A stretch of 64,000 nt of DNA from Planctomycetota bacterium. GTDB lineage: Bacteria > Planctomycetota > OFTM77. The notes beneath the pieces are model-generated. The model saw only the letters and a program-made list of their open reading frames with translations. It searched no databases and had not been told where the DNA came from. The translations under genes and the position numbers were made by a program. Positions 7,864 to 15,480 of the stretch are shown piece by piece; position 1 is the first letter of the stretch; every line of letters begins with the position of its first letter. The DNA is taken from NCBI GenBank assembly GCA_040219065.1, contig JAVJTD010000031.1, positions 32,236 through 96,235 of the forward strand, given 5' to 3'.

Positions 7864-9861
7864 ATGGACATGCGACTGCCCTCCTCGAGCCTCCTTCACA
7901 CCCGCGCGCGCGGCGAGACTCCGACCCACGGCGCGGCACCACCGATTCGAGTGCGGCCCGGGCCCGCCGTCGCTCTAGCCTTCCTTCTCCTCGTCGCGGC
8001 CTGTGGAGATGGCTCAGCGGACCAAGGTCTGGCCCGGATCCCGACGCTGACGACGGGGTCCCTTCATTTGATGTCCGCCGAGCTCCTACAGCCGATCGAG
8101 TCGTCACCGATGCGGCTGGGGCAAGAGACTCGTCAAGCTTGGGTCGATTCGGCTCCCCATCGGCACGCCGTGGACTTGATGCTCGAAGGAGACTACCGGC
8201 TGAGCCTCGCCGTGGGTGTCCCCGAGGGCCTGGAGACGGGCGCGACGTTTCGTGTGCTGTGGAAGGGCGAGGACGGACAGACGGTCGAGGTCCTGGAGAA
8301 GACGCTGGATCCGGCGGCCGGTGGCGCATGGTGCCCGGTGCGGGCGGCGTGGACGGCCAGTGGCCGAGGGCAGCTCCACTTCGAGGCCACCTCGGAGTCC
8401 GAGGAAAGTATCGCCATTTGGGGCAGTCCGGTCTTGTCGGCCGTGTCCCGCCTGAATCGGCCGAGCGTGATTCTGGTGCTCCTCGACACGCTGCGAGCCG
8501 ACCACCTGGGCTGCTACGGCTACCAGGCGCCCACCTCCCCGCGCCTCGACGCCCTCGCCGAGACGGGCGTCCGCTTCGAGCGCGTCCTGGCCCAGGCGCC
8601 GTGGACTCTGCCGGCGACGATGTCGATCCTGACGTCGAGGACACCGACCGCGCACGGCATGATCTCGGCGGAGCGGATTCTGGATCCGTCGATCGAGACG
8701 CTGGCGAGCCGATTTGCCGCGGCGGGGTATCGGACGGCCGCCATCACCGAAGGGGGCATGGTCGACGCACAGTTCGGATTCGATCGCGGCTTCGAGCTGT
8801 ATCTCGGGGACATCCTGGGCCGCAGCGCTCGAGAGACCTTCGAGGCAGCCCGCGAGTGGATCGACTCGGTGGGTGATGAGACCTTCTTCCTCGTCGTCCA
8901 CACCTATGAGATCCACGAGCCCTATGAGCCTCCCGCGGAGTACCTCGAGGTGATCTCGCCGTCCGAGTCACGAGGGCACGTCCATCCGCGACTGAAGGAC
9001 GGATTCGTGGCCGCCGAGCTGTACCGGGGCGCGCTGGCCGCGAAGTCACCGAGCGAGTTCCGGCTAGAAGAGCCGCTGACGCCGGCCGACCTCGAGCACA
9101 TCGTGAGCCTGTACGATGCCGAGATCCGCTTCACCGACGCGTGCCTCGGTGAGCTGGTGGATCACCTGAAGGCGCGCGGACGATACGAAGACACGCTGTG
9201 GGCGATCACCTCCGACCACGGCGAGGACTTCTACGACCACTTCGGCTTCGGGATCCACGCGCACTCGCTCTTCGACGAGCTGTTGCACGTCCCGTGGATC
9301 CTGACGGGACCGGGCGTCGTATCGGGTCATGTCGCGTCCACGCCGGTCGCGCAGATCGACATCGCCCCGACGCTGCTCGAGCTCGTCGGACTCGACATCC
9401 CGGCTCCGTTCATGGGGAGATCGCTCGTTCCCCTGACTCGCGGAATGCCCCTGAAGGCGATCCCGATAGCGAGCGAGCGCTCGCCGGACCTCTCTTGCGT
9501 CGAAGCCGGATCCTACAAGTTGATCGAGGCGACAGCGAGCTACGTCGAGAAGGTCAACAAGAGGAAGAAGACCCAAACCCGCGTGATGTCCAAGACGCTC
9601 GGGCTCGACGTCACGCCGTACTTCCAAGGGCTAGAGGGTGTCCCGGCGGAGACGATGCTGTTCGACCTCGAGAAGGACCCGGGTGAGCGCCGGAACATCG
9701 CCACCAGCGAGCCTGAGAGGATCCGAGACCTCACCGAAGCGCTCGAGCGGCTCCGGCGTCTGAGCGCCGAGCATGCGCCGCAATCGAATTCGACCATTCG
9801 AATGCGCCCGGAGCTCGAGCGCCGGTTGAGGAATCTCGGCTACCTCGGAGACGACGACTGA
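7864..9861 (+). CDS. sulfatase-family (alkaline phosphatase superfamily) lipoprotein
   Basis: Lipobox LLLVAAC. Sulfatase N-terminal metal-binding block VILVLLDTLRADHLGCYGY and later ITSDHGEDF / HAHS motifs. Confidence 0.75.
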   Translation: MDMRLPSSSLLHTRARGETPTHGAAPPIRVRPGPAVALAFLLLVAACGDGSADQGLARIPTLTTGSLHLMSAELLQPIESSPMRLGQETRQAWVDSAPHRHAVDLMLEGDYRLSLAVGVPEGLETGATFRVLWKGEDGQTVEVLEKTLDPAAGGAWCPVRAAWTASGRGQLHFEATSESEESIAIWGSPVLSAVSRLNRPSVILVLLDTLRADHLGCYGYQAPTSPRLDALAETGVRFERVLAQAPWTLPATMSILTSRTPTAHGMISAERILDPSIETLASRFAAAGYRTAAITEGGMVDAQFGFDRGFELYLGDILGRSARETFEAAREWIDSVGDETFFLVVHTYEIHEPYEPPAEYLEVISPSESRGHVHPRLKDGFVAAELYRGALAAKSPSEFRLEEPLTPADLEHIVSLYDAEIRFTDACLGELVDHLKARGRYEDTLWAITSDHGEDFYDHFGFGIHAHSLFDELLHVPWILTGPGVVSGHVASTPVAQIDIAPTLLELVGLDIPAPFMGRSLVPLTRGMPLKAIPIASERSPDLSCVEAGSYKLIEATASYVEKVNKRKKTQTRVMSKTLGLDVTPYFQGLEGVPAETMLFDLEKDPGERRNIATSEPERIRDLTEALERLRRLSAEHAPQSNSTIRMRPELERRLRNLGYLGDDD

Positions 9862-10061
9862 CGCACCCTGCAAATCGAGCGCGCCGCCGCAAGGAGTGCC
9901 CAAGCCGAAGCGAGCGGAAGACGACCTGGTCGAGAAGGCAACACCGAGCGAGCTTGGGCCAAGGCAGCGCAGAACGCGTCGAGCAAGGAGTGCTCACGAA
10001 CCTTCGAGCTCCCATCCTTGCGCCCGGAAAGCCCCTCTGCCTATAATCCGGCCCTCGACGT

Positions 10062-10139
10062 CGGGGCGTAGCTCAGCCTGGTTAGAGTGCCTGCTTTGGG
10101 AGCAGGAAGTCGGTGGTTCGAATCCACTCGCCCCGACCA
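10062..10139 (+). tRNA. tRNA-Pro (anticodon UGG)
   Basis: 78-nt cloverleaf. Acceptor stem CGGGGCG/CGCCCCG, anticodon stem CCTGC/GCAGG with loop TTTGGGA, T-arm GGTGG-TTCGAAT-CCACT, discriminator A and encoded CCA. Confidence 0.85.
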
Positions 10140-10258
10140 CCTTCAAGTCTTGCCGGGATCGCTGCTTGGCGTGGTGCGGCTTGGAGTCGTTCGAGAGCGC
10201 CTCGAAGCAACAGCCCGTTCGCGTCGCCTGAGGTCAGGACGACGAACCCGTCCGGAGA

Positions 10259-11032
10259 GTGAGACGGATGGAGACGGCACGGATGGATGAGAGTCCGAAC
10301 CTGCGAGGCCGGGGCGCGAGCCTGCCAAAGATGCTCTTGCTGAGCCTGCTTCCGATCGCGCATGTCTGCTTCTACGTCTCGGTCTATGGTGCCGGCCTGC
10401 GCTTTCTCTCCCTCCACGATGAGATGCCGAGAGCCCATCTCGATGAGCACTTCATTTATGAGGACTCGGCGTTGAGCTTTCTGCACTCAGTCTTCGAATG
10501 GGCAGCGACGATTTGCCTGCTCACGCTGCCCATTCTGTTTGCTCAAGGCTTCTTGATGGCGATGCCGCTTCAAGCCTCACCAGGAGCGGGACGGCGTCGA
10601 TTCGGACGGCTTCTGATCGGGATCAGCCTGGCCATTCCGCTCGCAGGCGTCTTGGGGCTCCGGCTTCCGGCCTTCGGGCCGAGCTTCCTTCACCCGATCT
10701 ACCTGTCAGCTCTGATCTTCCTGGCTGGCGTCGCTGCCACCTTCTCCCTGCCTGCGCTTGGAAGATTGGCTCGAGCTGCCGGGATCCTCCTGACGACGGC
10801 TTCCTTCTACGTTGCCTATCTCCTCATTGCTCCTCTGCCTCTTCCTCCGAGTCGATACCTCGTCATCCTGATTGCTCTCTTTCTCGTGGCCGGTCTGTTG
10901 GCCTTGGAAGGCCTCGGTCTTCAGCCAGAGCGCCGCCGGAGTGCTCTCGGCTATTTGCTCGTTTTCTTCGCGATCGCGTTTCCAGTCATGCTCCGCTCCG
11001 AAGATCCCATCATGGCATGGATGCTGGATTGA
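10259..11032 (+). CDS. integral membrane protein, function unknown
   Basis: Multiple hydrophobic helices with no recognisable catalytic motif. Confidence 0.5.
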   Translation: MRRMETARMDESPNLRGRGASLPKMLLLSLLPIAHVCFYVSVYGAGLRFLSLHDEMPRAHLDEHFIYEDSALSFLHSVFEWAATICLLTLPILFAQGFLMAMPLQASPGAGRRRFGRLLIGISLAIPLAGVLGLRLPAFGPSFLHPIYLSALIFLAGVAATFSLPALGRLARAAGILLTTASFYVAYLLIAPLPLPPSRYLVILIALFLVAGLLALEGLGLQPERRRSALGYLLVFFAIAFPVMLRSEDPIMAWMLD

Positions 11033-11393
11033 GCCCGCTCTGGCGACGTGCGTGCCGACGCAGCCTCGCTGGGAAGCGATGAGAGACCGCGATAGGCAGC
11101 GACGAAGGCGCGTCGACTGAGAGTCGATCCGTGCCGACTCTATACCGGGTCACTTCTTGGCGAAGGACGGCTGGGTGATCCCGCCGGTCTGGAGCGCTCT
11201 GTAACACGCAGGCAAAACCGTCGGCCGGACCTGCGAGACGTCGGCTCGAGCCCGTAAGTTGTCGCGTCCTCCTCACGGACTCGGAGTGAATCGGACTGCG
11301 ATCGAGCTGGCGATCCTGGGCATCTCGAGCTCGAGGCTCCGAGCACGTGCGTCGTCTTCACCCTACCGCCGGACCAATGTGAGAGCTTGCCCC

Positions 11394-12581
11394 ATGAGAA
11401 TCCCATTTGCCTTTCGCAGACGCTCGTCGAGCAGAAGGCCATTGCTTGGCAAGGGCTCGGGCCTGCCCGTCACAGCGCTGCTGTGCGTATGGACGGCTGC
11501 TTGTTCAGGTGGACAGAGAGGTGCCGACCTGGCGCGGGCCTCCTCGGCTCCCCGCGCCGATGCGAGCGTCGCGACCGGCGAGGTCGTCTCCGACATCGGC
11601 GCGAGCTGCTGGATCGTGTTCCAGGATGCCGACGACAACTACTGGTTCGGGTCCGATGGCAACGGTGTCTGCCGCTATGACGGCAAGACGATCACGCGCT
11701 TCACGACCCGGGACGGCCTGACCGGCGACCGTGTGCGCGGAATCGATCAACACGGTCCCTCGGGCGACATCCTCGTCACCTCGCTGAGCGGCATCAGCCG
11801 GTTCGACGGCGAGCGATTCCAGGAGCTGCCCAAGAAGGAGATGACTTCCCCCGACTCGCTCAACGAGCAGGGGTGGCGCCTCGATCCCGACGACGTGTGG
11901 CTTCGTGGTCCGCTGGGGCCGTGTCGGTACGACGGTCAGACGCTCTACGCACTGAGGCTCCCGAAGAGCCCGCGCGAGGACGAATACCTCGCGAGGAATC
12001 CGAATCGGCCTTGGAGTCCCTACGACGTGTGGTGCGTGTACAGGGACCGCAGTGGCCACCTGTGGCTCGGAACGGGATACGTCGGCGTCTGTCGCTACGA
12101 CGGCAAGACGTGGAATTGGATGTACGAGTCGCACATGACCGAGGTGGGCGACGCGTGGTTCGGCTTTCGCTCGGTCATCGAGGACGAGGACGGCGCGTTC
12201 TGGATCTGCAATACGAAGCATCGCTATCGTTTGACGCTGCCCGTCGGTCCCTTGGCCGAGGTAGAAAACCGCTTCGAACAGCTTGCCTACACGCGCGAGC
12301 CCGGAGTCGATCCGGCAGCGCTGGCACCCGGAGAGAGCCCGATCTACTTCCAGTCCGTCGTCGCCGATCCGGCCGGTGAACTGTGGATGGTGACCTACCA
12401 CAAGGGTGTGTGGCGCTACGACGGCCGGAACATGACGCACTATCCGATCATGGACGGCACCGAGGTCGTCCTGCTCTACTCGATCTACCGGGATCGGCAC
12501 GACGGGCTGTGGCTGGGAACGCACGAGCACGGCGTGTACAAGTTCAATGGTGAGTCGTTCGAGCGCTTCGCGCCGAGGTGA
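11394..12581 (+). CDS. lipoprotein with two-component-regulator-propeller-like (Reg_prop/Y_Y_Y-type) beta-propeller repeats
   Basis: Lipobox LLCVWTAACSG. Repeated W/Y-rich blades (GVCRYDGKT, VWRYDGRNMT, HGVYKFNGESF). ATG 11394 was chosen over the ORF-track start 11259. Confidence 0.55.
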   Translation: MRIPFAFRRRSSSRRPLLGKGSGLPVTALLCVWTAACSGGQRGADLARASSAPRADASVATGEVVSDIGASCWIVFQDADDNYWFGSDGNGVCRYDGKTITRFTTRDGLTGDRVRGIDQHGPSGDILVTSLSGISRFDGERFQELPKKEMTSPDSLNEQGWRLDPDDVWLRGPLGPCRYDGQTLYALRLPKSPREDEYLARNPNRPWSPYDVWCVYRDRSGHLWLGTGYVGVCRYDGKTWNWMYESHMTEVGDAWFGFRSVIEDEDGAFWICNTKHRYRLTLPVGPLAEVENRFEQLAYTREPGVDPAALAPGESPIYFQSVVADPAGELWMVTYHKGVWRYDGRNMTHYPIMDGTEVVLLYSIYRDRHDGLWLGTHEHGVYKFNGESFERFAPR

Positions 12582-12705
12582 GCTCGAGCAGAGGGAGGTC
12601 AGCACCGCACGACCCGACCTGGCCCTTCCGCGGGATTGCGGTGACCAGCGACTCTCGCGCACCTGAAAGGCTGACATGCTCTCCCTCCGCTGCGGCCGAG
12701 AAACC

Positions 12706-12776
12706 GGAGTCCTACCGCAGAGGAACGCAGAGAATTGGGAGCTTGCCTAATTCCGGTGGAGCGATGGAGGACCCGG
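12706..12776 (+). repeat. conserved leader element copy 1 (about 75 nt)
   Basis: GGAGTCCTACCGCAGAGG...GGGAGCTTGCCTAATTCCGGTGGAGCGATGGAGG. A second copy lies at 14696..14776 with about 90% identity. It ends with an SD-like GGTGGAG plus ATG. Confidence 0.6.
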
Positions 12777-12919
12777 TGCGGAGGAACACCTCGATGATCG
12801 AGAGAGGCAAAGACACCTCTGCGCTCTCCGCGTCCTCTGCGGTGAAGGAGAGCCCGCGCAATCGCTGTCGCGGGTACGCAACTGCCAGCCCCTCCGGTAC
12901 CGACGCGCACAGTACATGA
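12764..12919 (+). CDS. 51-aa ORF initiated by the ATG embedded in leader element copy 1
   Basis: It uses the same ATG context as the cassette A3 start but does not resemble the A proteins. It may be a leader peptide or non-coding. Confidence 0.2.
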   Translation: MEDPVRRNTSMIERGKDTSALSASSAVKESPRNRCRGYATASPSGTDAHST

Positions 12920-13123
12920 TCGGCTCGAGAGGCACCACCACGGCAGCCTCCGAGCCCGAGCCATGACGCTCCGCCCACCGGGCCCAGGTATCCTGGATCG
13001 ATCACGTGCTTGACGTCGGCGAATGTCTTCGGCACGATTCAATCTCCAAGAACCCTATTGACCACGAGCCCAACGCGTCACGAGGTGTAACGTCCTTCCA
13101 GGAGATTGACCGGAGGTTACCTG

Positions 13124-13552
13124 ATGTCCTGGTTCAAGAAACCAGTCGAGTACCGCTCCTACTCGGACGGCAGCTACGAGATCATCGAGCGCCGCTCCCT
13201 GCTCCGCATCGGCGCCGCCGCCTTGGGGCTGTCGTCTGTGATCGCAGGTGGCGCGTTCGTGGTGCCGAGGATCGTAGCACCTGAAACCGTAGACACCCCT
13301 CAGGCTTCGATCGCCGTCGAAATCATCAAGCGCCGCGATACCAAGGCTGTTTATCAGGTCCTGTCGCAGTACGACCGCCTCGATCGTATTGCCAAGACGG
13401 ATTTCTGGGGTGCCGTGCTCCTGCTCCGGATGACTGACCTCATTCCCTTCGCCAAGAGCCGATTGGAAATCGAGAACGACCGTGCAGTTCGGGATTCCAT
13501 CCAAACGGCGATCAAGGGTCTCGAGCAGCTCTCGACGAACGAAAAGCGCTGA
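13124..13552 (+). CDS. cassette protein A1 (N-terminal TM anchor plus helical domain; paralog family A)
   Basis: GGAGG lies 7 nt upstream. Shares A(V/I)Y(Q/R)(V/L)L(S/T)(Q/H)Y(D/E)(R/H)L(D/E)(R/P)I...(T/S)(D/E)FWG with the ORFs at 13950 and 14763. Confidence 0.55.
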   Translation: MSWFKKPVEYRSYSDGSYEIIERRSLLRIGAAALGLSSVIAGGAFVVPRIVAPETVDTPQASIAVEIIKRRDTKAVYQVLSQYDRLDRIAKTDFWGAVLLLRMTDLIPFAKSRLEIENDRAVRDSIQTAIKGLEQLSTNEKR

Positions 13553-13570
13553 TGGCCTGGAGGTCGAACG

Positions 13571-13879
13571 GTGACACAGTCAAGCGGTTCCGGCCAGGAT
13601 GCGGTCTCCGTCAAGACGATTGGTGATGCAACCGAAGGAGCTGAGTTTTGTGTGCTGGTTTCCGGACCACCCAACGCCCAGCTCCAGATCAGCGTGCTCA
13701 TGACGGCTCCGGGACAATCCGACAACGAGATCAAGGAGCCGGTCAGCGCTGGGGAGTACTGCTTCGACATCCCCGCGGGTTACGGTGGTGGTTCCATGTT
13801 GATCTCCGCCACTTTGCTACCGAAGTCCGAACCTCCGGTGCGGTCACCGTCGAAGACCGTGTTGATCGGCACCTCTTGA
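13571..13879 (+). CDS. cassette protein B1 (about 100 aa, two Cys; paralog family B)
   Basis: GTG start with GGAGG upstream, 19 nt after the A1 stop. Shares CVL(V/I)S.P and E(Y/I)CF motifs with the ORF at 15134. Confidence 0.45.
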   Translation: MTQSSGSGQDAVSVKTIGDATEGAEFCVLVSGPPNAQLQISVLMTAPGQSDNEIKEPVSAGEYCFDIPAGYGGGSMLISATLLPKSEPPVRSPSKTVLIGTS

Positions 13880-13949
13880 GCTTTCAAGAGTGCCTAATCA
13901 TGTCTCAAGGCCACGACGCTGAGGTCCGATCGAGCCAGGCGATAACGCG

Positions 13950-14315
13950 ATGAGCAGAAGCCATATTGCGATCTCCCTAATTGGCCTGGTTGCAGTTGTA
14001 GCCGGTAGCACCTTTGTGCTTCCCAAGATTCCTACAAAGGAGGACTGGAAGCGCGGAGCCCCTCCAGCGATCGCTGTTTTGGCCATCATCGAGAATGGCG
14101 ACCGGGCAGCGATCTACCGACTCCTGACGCAGTACGAGCACCTTGAACGAATCGGTCGCTCCGACTTTTGGGCAGCTGTCACTGCCCTGGGAATGGTTGA
14201 TCTGCTTTCCTTTGCCGAACATCAGCAACTTCACGAGAGCGATTCTATCGTTCTGGAGAATCTGGAACTCGCCATCACTACGCTGAGTGCCATGCAGCGG
14301 ATCGAGGAACGCTGA
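13950..14315 (+). CDS. cassette protein A2 (paralog of A1 and A3)
   Basis: N-terminal TM helix, then the AIYRLLTQYEHLERIGRSDFWAAV motif. Confidence 0.5.
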   Translation: MSRSHIAISLIGLVAVVAGSTFVLPKIPTKEDWKRGAPPAIAVLAIIENGDRAAIYRLLTQYEHLERIGRSDFWAAVTALGMVDLLSFAEHQQLHESDSIVLENLELAITTLSAMQRIEER

Positions 14316-14371
14316 TACGACTGGAGGACACTCGATGCTCCCGAGTGTACCGCCATCGTCAGCCTCTCGCC

Positions 14372-14398
14372 GTCGAAGTCGAAGTCGAAGTCGAAGTC
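14372..14398. repeat. (GTCGAA)4.5 hexanucleotide microsatellite
   Basis: Direct tandem repeat read in the sequence. It occupies the position where a B-type gene would follow A2. Confidence 0.8.
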
Positions 14399-14695
14399 AT
14401 TCGGTGCCGACGGGGCCGCGGATTGCCGAAGAAGCCGAGTATCACGGACATAGGATTCGGAGACGCCTTTCCCGTAGAAGCTCGTTGAATGGGCGATTCG
14501 AGGCACTCGCTCGATTGAGGAGTCGTCGGTGCAAGGAAATGGCTAGGTTTCGGTGCCTCTCCTCATTCACGGCAGGGCCTCGAGGTATGGGCGCATGACT
14601 CTCTCGACTCGGCACACGATCATGCAGTCGCTCCTTTGGCAAGCGCCCGTTCGCCTCGGCGCTCATGGAGTCCCGGCAAGCTGTGCCAGAGGTAC

Positions 14696-14776
14696 GGAGT
14701 CCTACCGCAGAGGTCGCGGAGGAACGCAGAGACATGGGAGCTTGCCTAATTCCGGTGGAGCGATGGAGGGCCCGGG
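14696..14776 (+). repeat. conserved leader element copy 2 (with an 8-nt insertion)
   Basis: Aligns with 12706..12776. It supplies the SD and ATG (14763) of cassette gene A3. Confidence 0.6.
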
Positions 14777-15107
14777 GCTGTTGGGAGTCGCCGCCGGCAC
14801 GGCAGCGGTCGTGAAGACCAAGAGCCCGATGGCGCAATCACCCCAGAATCAAGAAGACCTCAATCGAGCGCCTGGGCTCACTCAGGAGATCGCGACCAAG
14901 ATCCTGGTCGAGCAAGACAGAGACGCCGTGTACCGGATTCTCGGCCACTACGACCGACTTGATCCCATCGAGCGGAGCGAGTTCTGGGGCCTAGCACTCG
15001 CCTTCGAGCTGAAGGACCTCAGGACCTTCGCCGAGATCCCTGCTCGTGACGAGACGAATCCTCTGGTGAAAGCTCGGCTCGAGACGTTTTTCCAGCTGAG
15101 TCGGTAA
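14763..15107 (+). CDS. cassette protein A3 (paralog of A1 and A2)
   Basis: DAVYRILGHYDRLDPIERSEFWGLALAF motif. The start at the leader ATG is a guess; the ORF-track start 14553 is less likely. Confidence 0.5.
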   Translation: MEGPGLLGVAAGTAAVVKTKSPMAQSPQNQEDLNRAPGLTQEIATKILVEQDRDAVYRILGHYDRLDPIERSEFWGLALAFELKDLRTFAEIPARDETNPLVKARLETFFQLSR

Positions 15108-15133
15108 CGAGCCCTTGAGCTGGAGCCAGCACG

Positions 15134-15424
15134 ATGCAACCAGCGAACGGAATCCACTTGATCAGGGTAGAAATCTACCCGGGATCCCCTGAAGCCGGAG
15201 AGGAAGTTTGCGTCCTGATCTCTTCGCCACTCCCAGGTGGATCATTGACCGTACGCGTCACGATCGGAAGCAATCTCGTCCATAATGGCCCACCTCCTCC
15301 AAACAACGAGATTTGCTTCAACACTTCCCCAGACGATCAGGGAAAGGCCTTGGTAGTCTCAGTGAGCGGCTCACCCAGCTCCGGCCTCACGGCCTACGGA
15401 GGAGCCGTCGCGATCCTTCAGTAG
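15134..15424 (+). CDS. cassette protein B3 (paralog of B1)
   Basis: Begins 27 nt after the A3 stop with GGAG upstream. Shares CVLIS.P...EICF motifs with B1. Confidence 0.45.
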   Translation: MQPANGIHLIRVEIYPGSPEAGEEVCVLISSPLPGGSLTVRVTIGSNLVHNGPPPPNNEICFNTSPDDQGKALVVSVSGSPSSGLTAYGGAVAILQ

Positions 15425-15480
15425 CGATTCAAGTCTTCCTGAGGGGTCAACCGGAGTTCGATCCTTGCACGGTGACCCAC

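Noticed and set aside
7864-9861. Assigning the sulfatase-family protein as a true formylglycine arylsulfatase.
   Set aside because: The canonical C/S-x-P-x-R motif is not evident in the expected position. Only superfamily membership is claimed.
10062-11300. Integrated element (prophage or island) at tRNA-Pro.
   Set aside because: No integrase or recombinase gene. I saw no second copy of the tRNA 3' end (GGTTCGAATCCACTCGCCCCGACCA) downstream by eye, so an att-duplication cannot be asserted. The region is reported only as a variable cassette region.
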